DNA of 64,000 bases from Desulfovermiculus sp. (GCA_041686195.1 JAWLEI010000006.1:1728-65727); one strand, 5' to 3'. Positions 45,177 to 54,779 are shown, counted from the first letter of the stretch. Translations and numbers: made by a program. The notes: a model not told the origin generated them from the sequence alone.

Positions 45177-45539
45177 ATGGATCAGAGCGATCTTCAATAT
45201 TTTCGGAATATTCTGGAAAAAATGCTGGATGAGATTCAAGAGAAGGGCCAGAACACTTTAAATGACATGTCCGGCTCAGCCCAGGTGTATGCGGATCCTG
45301 CGGACCGGGCGTCCCAGGAATCGGACCAGTTTTTTACCCTGCGCCTCAGAGACAGGGATCGGAAGTTAATCAGCAAGGTCCAGGCCGCTTTGGAGAGGAT
45401 CGATGAGGGAACCTACGGCATTTGTGAGGAATGCGGTGAGGAAATCAGCATTCCCAGACTCAAAGCCCGGCCGGTGACTACCTTGTGCATTCATTGCAAA
45501 AGTCAGCAGGAAGAAGAGGAGCGATTGGGCCCCAAATAG
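45177..45539 (+). CDS. DksA/TraR-family C4 zinc-finger protein
   Basis: Coiled-coil N-terminal region and CEECGEEI...CIHC. AGGAGG precedes the ATG at 45177. Confidence 0.85.
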   Translation: MDQSDLQYFRNILEKMLDEIQEKGQNTLNDMSGSAQVYADPADRASQESDQFFTLRLRDRDRKLISKVQAALERIDEGTYGICEECGEEISIPRLKARPVTTLCIHCKSQQEEEERLGPK

Positions 45540-45605
45540 TATTCTTTTGACGTATGACCGATGTTCTCTCGGTGCATGTAAAAAAGGCCTGAATGCTCAA
45601 AGAAT

Positions 45606-47135
45606 ATGGAGGCCAATTTTTTTCGGTTTTTCATGCAGGAAATCGTTCCTGATCTGCATGGTAGGCGGGTGAATAAAATATATCATCCTCAGCCTGGAGC
45701 ATGGACCCTTCAGCTTGGTACCAGGATGCACCTGATGTGTGCAGCTGGTAAGCGGCAGCAGGCACTGTTTGTTTCTGAGCATAAACCGAAAAATCCCAAA
45801 ACACCACCTGCGGACGTGGGCTGGTGGAGAAAACGAGTACAAGGCCGCAAGATCGTTGCATGCAAATTTGATTGGCCCTCCAGGCGCTTGGCCCTTGGCT
45901 TGAATACAGTCCCTGGTACTTGGTTGGTGCTGGATGTACAAACCGGCCTGTCTCTTATTGATGCCCTTGATGACGATTTTGGACATGATCCCCAATGGCC
46001 AAGTTGGGATCAAATAATGAGTGAATCTCAAATTTTTCGAGGCTTTCCGCACATCACCCCGCCTCTGCGCCATACCTTGACTGCATTGAACGAACGTGCC
46101 GGACGTGAGCTCTTGCAGTATCTGCAAACAGCAGCCACACCGGAAATAGTGAGTTGGGCCAAGTCCAAGACAAACCAAGGACAAGACTGGCTTGTCCCCT
46201 GGCTGGTTCCTGCTCAACTTGGCGATCGCTTTTCCCGGATTTGCACCTTTCATGATCCGGCCCGGGCAGCTGAGGATTACGGATGGTCGGTGTTGCAAAA
46301 ACTGGACTCCATTCAATCAGGAGCCGAAAGTACCTATAAACAAAGACACAGAAAACTTCTTAAGCAATTAACCAAAATTGCTGAGGATGAAGAACGGCTG
46401 AAAAAAATGGTAGAGCGGCAGGAGCAGGCCGAACTGATCAAAGGTTCACTCTATCAACTTGATCCGGATGCCAAGGCTGCCCGCTTGGAGCTTAAGGATG
46501 ATCACGGTCATTTAAGGATTCTCAAACTGGATCCCCGCAAAAGTGTTCGGGAAAATATGGAACACTTTTTTCACCAGGCCAAAAAAGGTCGTCGAGGGCT
46601 GGAGCATGTGGCCAGGAGACGTCAGGAGGCAGAGGGGGCTTTGGCCGCTGTGGACGGAGGCAATGAACCGGGATTGGAAGGTAGGGGGCCAGGTGAGACA
46701 GGCCATATCCCCAGAGAAGCCCCGGAGGTTCGAAAGAAGAGCGAATTTAAAGGCCTGCATGTTTATACCAGCAGTGATGGCTTGTATATCCTGCGGGGGA
46801 AAAACAAGCGGGCCAACCATGACCTTTTGACCCGTGTGGCCCGGCCCTATGATCTTTGGTTTCATGCAGCAGAGGGTCCAGGGGCCCATGTCATTTTGCG
46901 CCGGCCAGGACCAAACAGTGAAGTTCCGGAGGCAAGCCGACGGGAGGCAGCTATGATCGCAGCTTTACGCAGCCATTTTGCCCAAGCCGGCAAGGCCGAG
47001 GTTATGTGCGCCCACGTCAAGCACGTCAGTCCAATCAAGGGCAAAAATCCTGGCCAGGTCAAAGTTCGCGAAGTATTGGAGACCCTGCGGGTAGCCCTGG
47101 ATGCAGGGCTGGAGGATCGCCTGCGGACAAAATGA
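45606..47135 (+). CDS. NFACT-family protein (RqcH/FbpA-like, with a DUF814/NFACT-R domain)
   Basis: C-terminal LWFHAAEGPGAHVILRR motif, a central coiled coil, and an NFACT-N-like N-terminus. Confidence 0.7.
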   Translation: MEANFFRFFMQEIVPDLHGRRVNKIYHPQPGAWTLQLGTRMHLMCAAGKRQQALFVSEHKPKNPKTPPADVGWWRKRVQGRKIVACKFDWPSRRLALGLNTVPGTWLVLDVQTGLSLIDALDDDFGHDPQWPSWDQIMSESQIFRGFPHITPPLRHTLTALNERAGRELLQYLQTAATPEIVSWAKSKTNQGQDWLVPWLVPAQLGDRFSRICTFHDPARAAEDYGWSVLQKLDSIQSGAESTYKQRHRKLLKQLTKIAEDEERLKKMVERQEQAELIKGSLYQLDPDAKAARLELKDDHGHLRILKLDPRKSVRENMEHFFHQAKKGRRGLEHVARRRQEAEGALAAVDGGNEPGLEGRGPGETGHIPREAPEVRKKSEFKGLHVYTSSDGLYILRGKNKRANHDLLTRVARPYDLWFHAAEGPGAHVILRRPGPNSEVPEASRREAAMIAALRSHFAQAGKAEVMCAHVKHVSPIKGKNPGQVKVREVLETLRVALDAGLEDRLRTK

Positions 47136-47153
47136 TGGTACTTTTTTAAAAAC

Positions 47154-48200
47154 TTGTGGCTTGCGTATTGGTATTTGCACCTTGCAAGCACATTTGCTCC
47201 CCATGGTGGAAAATTGTCTCTAACAAAAACAACTTATTTGACCCAGGATACGAGCATACTGCTCTTGGACCCCGATATTGAGCATGGCCGGCATGTGCAG
47301 AGCGTGCTTGAATCACAAGATCTGCAGGTCGTCTGGTCCACAAGGCATCTGCCCGGGTTTGTCCGTATTGATGAGCAGTCTTTTTCCCTGGTGCTGGCTA
47401 CGGTTGATGGACAGGATATAGATGGTCTGGAGTTCTGTGCCCTCTTACAGCGCAGGCAGCAGAGACAAGGGTCCTCAAGTCTCGGAGTTGTTCTTATCGG
47501 CCAGGAGCGGCATCGAGAGCAGCTGGTGACCAGCGATCCAGGCATGGATGATTACTTGATCGAGCCCTGTTTGGATGCCGAGATCCTCTGGCGGGTCAAA
47601 CGCAATCTCAAGATGGACAGGTTGCAGCCTCAAAAGTTCCTTGAACTGTATGGATTGGATAATGTTTTCAGCAAAGGAGACCTGCATTCTGTACTCACAA
47701 GTGAGCTGAACCGGGGAAGCAGGCGCTCAGACAGTATTGGGGTGGTTCTGATCAAGGTCCAGGGCTGGTCGTTGTTGGCCATGGATTTTGGATCAGCCGG
47801 AAGCCAGATAGTGGAAGACATCATCATAAGCCGAATCCGGGGTTCTGTCCGCATTTACGATACGCTCTTCCGCATAGGTCAAGGAAGGCTCGCTGTACTC
47901 CTGCCACATACAAATGACCAAGGAGTTCTGGGTTTTATGCAGCGTATCCGCCAGACCTTGATTAAGATCCTGCGCGATGACGTCTTGACCCAAAATGAGC
48001 TCGGGTCAGTGCATATAGAAGGAATCTGCGCCTCTACAGATGTCCAGTCCAGACCGCAGCCCGATACGGTGCGCGAATTTCATGCCCGCATAATCCAGCA
48101 GGCCGAATCAGAAAGTTTTGGACCTGATTTTGTCTCCATCAGGCTGGGGGCCAGGGGAATGCAGGTGGATCCTGATCCAGGACAGGGAAAGCCTTCATGA
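47154..48200 (+). CDS. receiver-domain protein with a degenerate GGDEF domain
   Basis: Receiver-like ILLLDPD...LVLATVDGQDIDGLEF. The GGDEF-like fold has RIGQGRLAVLLP in place of RxGGDEFxxxLP. The start is uncertain: the tracked start is TTG, there is another in-frame TTG at 47238, and no early ATG. Confidence 0.65.
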   Translation: MWLAYWYLHLASTFAPHGGKLSLTKTTYLTQDTSILLLDPDIEHGRHVQSVLESQDLQVVWSTRHLPGFVRIDEQSFSLVLATVDGQDIDGLEFCALLQRRQQRQGSSSLGVVLIGQERHREQLVTSDPGMDDYLIEPCLDAEILWRVKRNLKMDRLQPQKFLELYGLDNVFSKGDLHSVLTSELNRGSRRSDSIGVVLIKVQGWSLLAMDFGSAGSQIVEDIIISRIRGSVRIYDTLFRIGQGRLAVLLPHTNDQGVLGFMQRIRQTLIKILRDDVLTQNELGSVHIEGICASTDVQSRPQPDTVREFHARIIQQAESESFGPDFVSIRLGARGMQVDPDPGQGKPS

Positions 48201-48796
48201 GTCTGCGTATTGCCGCCGGCCGGTACAAAGGACAGAAGATTACCACGGTTTCCGGTCCTGGCTACCGCCCGGCAATGGACAAGGTCCGGCAAGCCCTGTT
48301 TTCCATGCTGGAATCAAGAGGGGTTTCTTGGGAAGATATGCGGGTCCTGGATCTGTTTGCCGGCAGTGGCAGTCTGGGGCTGGAGGCTATAAGCCGGGGT
48401 GCTCAGGAGGTCGTTTTTGTCGAACAGTCTCCAAAAGCGGTTCGGGCCTTGCAGGAAACCTTGACCAGGTTGCAGGTTCCCAAATCACAATGCCGCTTAG
48501 TGGCCAAAAAGGCGGCCGGTTTTTTGCGTCAAACTCCCAAGCAGGCGTTTGACCTTGTTTTTGTCGATCCCCCCTATGGCCAAAAACTCCTGTATTCCAC
48601 ATTGCAGGCCTTGCAATCAGGAAACTGGCTGACTCAGTCCGGATTTGTGGCCGCAGAAGTTGAAGCTGAGATGGACTTGGAGGATATTTTGGGTCTTCAG
48701 CAAGAAGTGAACCGGACCTATGGACAAACAAGGATAGTGATATGGAGAATGAAAAGCCAAAGACCGCGGTCTACCCCGGAACTTTTGATCCCTTAA
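48197..48796 (+). CDS. rsmD: 16S rRNA (guanine966-N2)-methyltransferase
   Basis: LDLFAGSGSLGLEA and VFVDPPY motifs. ATGA overlap with the upstream stop. Confidence 0.9.
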   Translation: MSLRIAAGRYKGQKITTVSGPGYRPAMDKVRQALFSMLESRGVSWEDMRVLDLFAGSGSLGLEAISRGAQEVVFVEQSPKAVRALQETLTRLQVPKSQCRLVAKKAAGFLRQTPKQAFDLVFVDPPYGQKLLYSTLQALQSGNWLTQSGFVAAEVEAEMDLEDILGLQQEVNRTYGQTRIVIWRMKSQRPRSTPELLIP

Positions 48797-49248
48797 CCAA
48801 CGGACATGTGAGCATTGTCCGCCGGGGACTGGATGTCTTTGACATCATTGTCCTGGCTATTGCCAGGGATACCCCTGTTCAGAAACGCCCTTTGTTTTCT
48901 CTTGAGGAGAGGGTGAGCATGGCTGAAGAGGTATTTGCCAATTCGCCCCAGGTAGTGGTTGAACCTTTTACCGGGCTGTTGGTGGAATATGTAGAAAACC
49001 GGGGTGCACAGGTTGTGCTTCGGGGGCTGCGGGCTATTTCAGATTTTGAGAACGAATTTCAGATGGCTCTTATGAACCGCCGCTTGAAGCGGGATGTACA
49101 CACCTTGTTTATGATGACCGACTACAAGTGGTTGTTTACCAGCTCCTCCATCATCAAGGAGACTGCCGGCCTGGGCGGTGATGTCCAGGGGCTGGTTCCG
49201 GAGCCGGTATGGTTCCGCTTGCGGCAGAAGTATGCAATGGATTCCTGA
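48742..49248 (+). CDS. coaD: phosphopantetheine adenylyltransferase
   Basis: AVYPGTFDPLTNGH motif. 168 aa. Confidence 0.95.
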   Translation: MENEKPKTAVYPGTFDPLTNGHVSIVRRGLDVFDIIVLAIARDTPVQKRPLFSLEERVSMAEEVFANSPQVVVEPFTGLLVEYVENRGAQVVLRGLRAISDFENEFQMALMNRRLKRDVHTLFMMTDYKWLFTSSSIIKETAGLGGDVQGLVPEPVWFRLRQKYAMDS

Positions 49249-49250
49249 TC

Positions 49251-50198
49251 ATGTCTTTTGGAGCAGCTCCGCCGATCCTTTTTGTGATCGGCCCTACCGG
49301 GACGGGTAAAAGCGCCCTGGCCCTTCAGGTGGCCCGGGAACTGGACGCCGAGATTGTCAATTGCGATTCCCGGCAGGTGTATGCTGATTTCCCCTGCATC
49401 ACCGCTCAGCCGTCAGCTGAAGAAAAGGCCAGGTGCGCCCATCACCTGTATGGCTTCCTGCCGAGTACAAAGTCCATGGATGCCGGGAAGTTTGTCCGTA
49501 TGGCCCAGGATGTTCTTGCTGACCTGCAGTCCAGGGGGAAGCTGCCCGTCCTGGTGGGCGGCACCGGGTTGTATATGCGTTCTCTGGTTTATGGATTGGC
49601 CCCGATTCCAGATATTCCCCAAGATATCCATGAGCGCATCCTGACCCTGTGTCAGGAGCAAGGACCGGGAAAATTACATCACAGGCTGCAGGATGAAGAT
49701 CCAGATACTGCATCCCGGCTGCATCCCCACGACTGGCAGCGGATAACCAGGGCCCTGGAAGTGTATGCGGCAACCGGTCGACCCTTGTCCTGGTGGATAC
49801 GAATGCATCCCTGTGACCAACCCCGATATGCGGCCAAAAGCATCGGTCTGTGGTCTGACCTGGAGGTTCTGACCCCTTTCTTGCAGGCCAGGATCGAGAA
49901 TATGTGCGCCCAAGGAGCTGTGCAGGAGGTTGAACAGGCCTGGCGGCGCTGCCCTGACGAGTCCGTGCCTGGCTGGTCGGGTATTGGTTGCTGGGAGCTT
50001 CTGCAGGCATTTTTGGGGCGCTGGTCCCTGGAAGAAGCCAAGCGGGCTTGGCTCAAGAATACCCGGGCATATGCCAAGCGCCAGTTGACGTGGTTTAAAA
50101 AGGAACCAAGCATTGATTGGTGGAGTCCAGGACAGGATATCTCGATTGTTCAGGCAGTTAAGGATTGGCTTGGGCATTCAGGGGTTGGTACGAAGTGA
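49251..50198 (+). CDS. miaA: tRNA dimethylallyltransferase
   Basis: P-loop GPTGTGKS and a MiaA-like core. The ATG at 49251 lies 2 nt after the coaD stop. Confidence 0.9.
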   Translation: MSFGAAPPILFVIGPTGTGKSALALQVARELDAEIVNCDSRQVYADFPCITAQPSAEEKARCAHHLYGFLPSTKSMDAGKFVRMAQDVLADLQSRGKLPVLVGGTGLYMRSLVYGLAPIPDIPQDIHERILTLCQEQGPGKLHHRLQDEDPDTASRLHPHDWQRITRALEVYAATGRPLSWWIRMHPCDQPRYAAKSIGLWSDLEVLTPFLQARIENMCAQGAVQEVEQAWRRCPDESVPGWSGIGCWELLQAFLGRWSLEEAKRAWLKNTRAYAKRQLTWFKKEPSIDWWSPGQDISIVQAVKDWLGHSGVGTK

Positions 50199-50235
50199 AT
50201 ACAAGATATCCGTTCTTTGGAAATTGGGGGGCTGA

Positions 50236-51180
50236 ATGCAGTACGCGGTGACGCTAATGAGAAAATGGGGCCGAACTTGGGTCGTCGCTTGGCTGATCCT
50301 TGTGCTGGGGGTTCATTCGGTATGGGCTGCACCTGCCCTGGAAGAGAAATTGGGTCCGGCCCGCATGAATTGGCAGACCCGCGTCTTGATTGCCCGGGGT
50401 GAGGCTGAGTTTGGGCTTGGAAATGAAGCCAATGACCAAACGAGCCGGCAGACACAAATACGTCAGGCCAGGCTCCGAACCAGGCGATCCTTATGGCAGG
50501 GCTTGCTCCGGGTGCGCGTTGACAATGACCTGAGAGTGGAGGATATAATCCAGGACAATCCGGACCAGGCCAAGGCTTTGCGTGAACACGTACATACCTC
50601 ACATATCAGGCAGGTTTCTGGTCCAAAAGCCAAAGAAATTTCGGACTTTACTGACCAGGTCAAGAGGACCTTGACCTATGAAGCGCGCTTTCACCTGACC
50701 GGTCAAAGAGCAGCTCTGTGTATCCCTTCCAGTGTGTGGTATGAGGAGCAGGAGCTCTCAGCTCCAGAGGTCAACGCCACAGTGGAGGAAACCGATGCCT
50801 CTTACACTGGACTGGTTGTGGATGCCAGAGGATTGGGGGGGAAGGCTGCCCTGATTTGTCGGTTATTTGATGAACAGGGTCACCTCGTGTACGGACCTTC
50901 TCTGGTCTCCAGGCAGATTGGAGAAGAGAAGGGCATGGTTGGGTATGCCTCTTCCTTGCAAAGAGCCCGATCAAGCTCCAGGGCCGGAGATGCCCCCTTG
51001 GTGGTCCGGGCCCGTTCCAGGCATTCCGATTCCCGGACAGAGTTTGTGGTCCCCGCAAGCGAGGTCCATTCTGCGTGGCCGGCCGGAACAGGTGAGGTTT
51101 TCAGGCAGGGCAAGGTGATCATATTATTGCAGGAAGAAGATGGAGATCAGGTCGTGGAATACCCCTTGGATCAATCATGA
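50236..51180 (+). CDS. hypothetical exported protein
   Basis: Signal-peptide-like N-terminus (WVVAWLILVLGVHSVWA/AP). I recognise no catalytic motif. Confidence 0.55.
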   Translation: MQYAVTLMRKWGRTWVVAWLILVLGVHSVWAAPALEEKLGPARMNWQTRVLIARGEAEFGLGNEANDQTSRQTQIRQARLRTRRSLWQGLLRVRVDNDLRVEDIIQDNPDQAKALREHVHTSHIRQVSGPKAKEISDFTDQVKRTLTYEARFHLTGQRAALCIPSSVWYEEQELSAPEVNATVEETDASYTGLVVDARGLGGKAALICRLFDEQGHLVYGPSLVSRQIGEEKGMVGYASSLQRARSSSRAGDAPLVVRARSRHSDSRTEFVVPASEVHSAWPAGTGEVFRQGKVIILLQEEDGDQVVEYPLDQS

Positions 51181-51199
51181 AGGATGAAGAAAGCACATC

Positions 51200-52105
51200 A
51201 TGTCGAACGCATTGAGCAAAAAGTCTATCCTGGTCTGTTTTTTCCTTTTATTGGGGCATATGCTTATTCCTGGCCGCCTGTGGGCCGGGGAACAAATTGT
51301 GCGCCTTGATGATCAACCAGATATCGTGGCTCAGGGAACACAGAGAGAGCAGGCCATGCTTCTGGCTGTGGTTCGTGAATCGGCAAAAGTTCTGCCCGGG
51401 AATTTGGATCCAGCCCGGGAACAGATTTTAGCTGAGTTTATTCAGCCCAGATATCAGCAATTTATCTTGAGTTATTCCCGGCTGGGAGGAGGCTCGTCCC
51501 AGGAGCATATTTGGCAGGTACAGGTAAATACAGAAGCGTTGATCAACTTGCTCAAGGAGCTGGGAGTTTATTACACCGTCAATAAATCCCTGACCTACCG
51601 CTTAGAATTGATCAATTCTGGTGGAAGTGGGCAGGGAAATATCTCTGATCTGGAGCTTTTGACCGGCTGCACTCAGGGCAATGTTCAACACCCTCTTCTT
51701 AAGATACAGACAACATCAAGTGGTCAGCTGCGAGGACTTTTAGAGGGGCAAAAGAATAAATGGACTGCTTCTGGGGACAATCTGGATGAGCTGTGGTGGG
51801 CATTGTGGGCCAAGTATTTTTCCAGTTCGGAGGGCATCCGTTCTTTTGTGCAGGAGGTTGACGTGCATATCAAGGGATGGAGCACTCTCAGTGCAATTTC
51901 CGGGCTCTCCAGACAACTCGCAAATTGGCCTCGGGTCGTGGATCAATCTTCCCTTGTCTCCCTGCGTGGAGATTCGGCCGGATTGCACGGATGGTGGAAA
52001 GTGGTCACCCCGCAAAGCCGTGACTTGCAAAAAAAGCTGGAGGAATTTACCCGATCCAGGGACCTGAGTATGAAGGTCCAAGAAAAATCTGAAGACAAGG
52101 GATGA
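51200..52105 (+). CDS. hypothetical exported protein
   Basis: Signal-peptide-like N-terminus (ILVCFFLLLGHMLIPGRLWA/GE). It begins 19 nt after the preceding gene. Confidence 0.55.
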   Translation: MSNALSKKSILVCFFLLLGHMLIPGRLWAGEQIVRLDDQPDIVAQGTQREQAMLLAVVRESAKVLPGNLDPAREQILAEFIQPRYQQFILSYSRLGGGSSQEHIWQVQVNTEALINLLKELGVYYTVNKSLTYRLELINSGGSGQGNISDLELLTGCTQGNVQHPLLKIQTTSSGQLRGLLEGQKNKWTASGDNLDELWWALWAKYFSSSEGIRSFVQEVDVHIKGWSTLSAISGLSRQLANWPRVVDQSSLVSLRGDSAGLHGWWKVVTPQSRDLQKKLEEFTRSRDLSMKVQEKSEDKG

Positions 52106-52135
52106 AGGAGCGACACTATGCCGCTCCTTTAAGTA

Positions 52136-52345
52136 CTAGGAGGAATGGGAATTGTCTTCCTGGGACGAGGATTTGGACTTGGAGGAAGATGATACGTCGA
52201 TCTCTTCGGGTTCATCAGAAGCTTTTTTGAAGTTCCTGATGGCCCGTCCCATGCCAGAACCTATTTCAGGCAGTTTGTTGGCTCCAAAAATAACCAAAAC
52301 TATGGCTAAGATAATAATCAGTTCCGGGATACCTATTCCGAACAT
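52136..52345 (-). CDS. tatA: twin-arginine translocase subunit TatA/E
   Basis: [27 protein letters not shown]... followed by an amphipathic helix and an acidic tail. GGAGG RBS. Confidence 0.9.
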   Translation of the reverse strand: MFGIGIPELIIILAIVLVIFGANKLPEIGSGMGRAIRNFKKASDEPEEIDVSSSSKSKSSSQEDNSHSS

Positions 52346-52610
52346 GATGCCTCCTCACCTTAGGATATAAGGCAGAATAATTCGTTGCTTGGTGCAGTCC
52401 TTACTAATACGCTTTTTGGTTTTGCTTGGCAACAACAAACACGTATCCCGGGAACGGCTCCGGGAATCAAAAAATGATTGCCAAACAGGCCAATGCCTTC
52501 TATACAACAAACTTTTTACGGAACACAATTTTAGGATAAGCAGGCCAGTTCTCAAGCTCCCAGCAATACTGCATGACAAAACGCTGAATACAAAGGCAGA
52601 ATTCTAAGAA

Positions 52611-53423
52611 ATGAGTGGTATATTTTTTCCTCACATGCATCCGTCCCTGGTCCGGGAGGCGTGCCCTGACTGGGTGCATTTTTTATTACCAGGTATGCCT
52701 GCAGATATGGAGAGATATCCCTGGTTTCGACCCCCGGACCTGCCCATGTCTGAGCAGGAGAGTGTGCGCTATGCCCAGAAGGTCAGCGAGTTTGCCAATC
52801 AATTTCGTAATCCTAAGGAATTGAGCGCTTTCAGCGCCCAGGCTGGACAAACTCCTTTTTACCAGGAAACTGTCCAGGCCCTGCGGGACGATCTGAGCGC
52901 CCATCTGAGACAGGACTCAGGACGGAAAAATTCAGACCAAGAGAGGTTGAAGCTCCAGGGACAGATGAATCTTATCATGGCCTGGATCATCGAAGAACAG
53001 GCAATCGCTTTGCACGGCCTGAAAGATACGCTTGATTCCTTTCAAAGATCCATGGATCATGTCCTGGGCATTGAGGACAGGCCGGAAGGTGAAGTTTCCG
53101 GGAATCTCTCCGGCCCGGACCATGATCAACAGCTGGTTCATTGGTCAAAGCTTTTACCCTGGTTTTTGTTGTTCCTTGGCCCCCAGGATGCCCTGGTCAT
53201 TCAAGATCCAAGCTTGATTGCGGAGTGGGCGGAAAACGGTGTGGGTTTTGAACCACTACGGTCGGCTGAGCATGCGGAGCAGCTTATTCACGCCCCGGGG
53301 ACAAAGACTGGTTTGCTGACTGCTGCCTGCACTGGGGCTGACCTTATGGGCCGGGGCGAGCCAATGCACCATCTGCCCTGGATGCAGAAGCAGATCCGGG
53401 TCTTTTGCCTGCCCTCAGGATGA
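52611..53423 (+). CDS. hypothetical protein (270 aa)
   Basis: ORF with an ATG start and coding-like composition. No recognisable motif. Confidence 0.45.
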   Translation: MSGIFFPHMHPSLVREACPDWVHFLLPGMPADMERYPWFRPPDLPMSEQESVRYAQKVSEFANQFRNPKELSAFSAQAGQTPFYQETVQALRDDLSAHLRQDSGRKNSDQERLKLQGQMNLIMAWIIEEQAIALHGLKDTLDSFQRSMDHVLGIEDRPEGEVSGNLSGPDHDQQLVHWSKLLPWFLLFLGPQDALVIQDPSLIAEWAENGVGFEPLRSAEHAEQLIHAPGTKTGLLTAACTGADLMGRGEPMHHLPWMQKQIRVFCLPSG

Positions 53424-53520
53424 TATGTGATTGGTCCTCTCTGAGCATTGGGTAAGGTCACTACGGGGTTTAAGGTTCCAAGCCCCTGGTTTTTAAAATA
53501 AAGCAAACAAGGCAGGTTCT

Positions 53521-54180
53521 ATGTGGGAGGATGTGAGTTGGGTGCAGGGAATCATTTTTGACTGTGACGGTGTGCTCATCGAGTCGCAGGAGGCCAATAT
53601 TTTATTCTATTCCCTGATCCTGGAAAGGATGGGACTTCCAAAGATCAGTGATCAGGACAGGGTCTATGTGCATATGCACACTGTCCATGAGTCTTTGGCC
53701 CGAATTGTTCCCGATTCCCGTTTGCCCGAAGCCCGGCGTATCGCCAGGGAGATAAGCTACAGCCAAGTCATGGATTGGGTGCGGCCTCAACCCGGGCTGG
53801 CCAACTTCTTACGTCTGCTGCAGGCCGGGGATATCTTATGTGCAGTGAATACAAACCGGACTGGAACATTGTCCCTGGTCCTGGAACGTTTTGACCTCAG
53901 GCAATACTTTTATCCTGTCATCAGCGCTTCGGACGTGACCTGGCCCAAGCCCCATCCTGAAAGTGTGCACCTGGTACTTCAGTCTTGGAAATTGAGCCCA
54001 CAGAACGTTGTATTTATAGGTGATTCTGATGTTGATCAGCAGACGGCCGAGGCAGCTGGGGTCACCTTTTGGGCCTATTCCAACCCACAACTGGAAGCCG
54101 ATCGACATATTGATGATTTTTGGAGCCTGCATCAGAATTTCCGCTGGCAACAGCCCAAATGCCGGGAGGTAATGATCTGA
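53521..54180 (+). CDS. HAD-superfamily hydrolase (phosphoglycolate phosphatase-like subfamily IA)
   Basis: DCDGVLIES (DxDGxL) motif I, ...NTNR... motif II, and GDSDVD motif IV. Confidence 0.8.
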   Translation: MWEDVSWVQGIIFDCDGVLIESQEANILFYSLILERMGLPKISDQDRVYVHMHTVHESLARIVPDSRLPEARRIAREISYSQVMDWVRPQPGLANFLRLLQAGDILCAVNTNRTGTLSLVLERFDLRQYFYPVISASDVTWPKPHPESVHLVLQSWKLSPQNVVFIGDSDVDQQTAEAAGVTFWAYSNPQLEADRHIDDFWSLHQNFRWQQPKCREVMI

Positions 54181-54220
54181 AAAGAGGCCAGAGTAAATTT
54201 TAGAAGCGCAAGGAGAGAGG

Positions 54221-54520
54221 ATGTTCATTTTAGCCAACTTATTGCAAGCAGTCGCTGTTGTATTAAATATTGTATTGACTCTGTATTTTTGGGTGGTCAT
54301 CATTTCCGCTATCTTATCCTGGGTCAGTCCGGACCCCTACAATCCTATTGTCCGCTTCATCCGGTCCCTGACTGAGCCGGCATTTTCCATGGTCCGGCGG
54401 TGGCTGCCGTTCACCTTTCTCGGGGGGTTGGATCTTTCTCCTATCGTGGTCCTGCTTTTGATTCAATTCTTCAAGGTCTTCCTGGTCCAATCTCTTTCTC
54501 AGTTGGCCATGACCGTGTAG
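54221..54520 (+). CDS. YggT-family membrane protein
   Basis: 99 aa, two or three TM segments, and a YggT-like motif (ILSWV.PDPYNP). Strong RBS. Confidence 0.8.
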   Translation: MFILANLLQAVAVVLNIVLTLYFWVVIISAILSWVSPDPYNPIVRFIRSLTEPAFSMVRRWLPFTFLGGLDLSPIVVLLLIQFFKVFLVQSLSQLAMTV

Positions 54521-54567
54521 CAGGATGGGAGCGCAAAACCTTCTCTTGTCCTGGCCAGAGCACAGCG

Positions 54568-54779
54568 TCTTCGCTGGCTGTGACCGCCAGTTTGATCAAG
54601 CAAGAAACAGGGTATGAAAAGGGCTGGACCTTTGGAGCCCGGGCTCTCCGAGGGCCGGGAGTGCGTTGATCAAAGAGACTGGGCCTCGGAGAGAACCAGC
54701 CCGGAAAAGCCAGAGCCACCAGTAGGCCGTCCTTGACCCCAAGGACAGGCCTTTTCAGTGTAAAAGAGAGTTTCATACG
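54568..54779 (-). repeat. module L, near-full inverted copy ending in GTTTCAT (54770-76)
   Basis: Its reverse complement is colinear with both 25194-25300 (5' half) and 19950-20100 (3' half). It therefore defines the complete unit. Confidence 0.85.

Noticed and set aside
45597-46316. A 239-aa ORF on the minus strand
   Set aside because: It is antisense to the NFACT/RqcH-like gene. The sequence is Cys/Pro/Gly-rich nonsense with no motifs.
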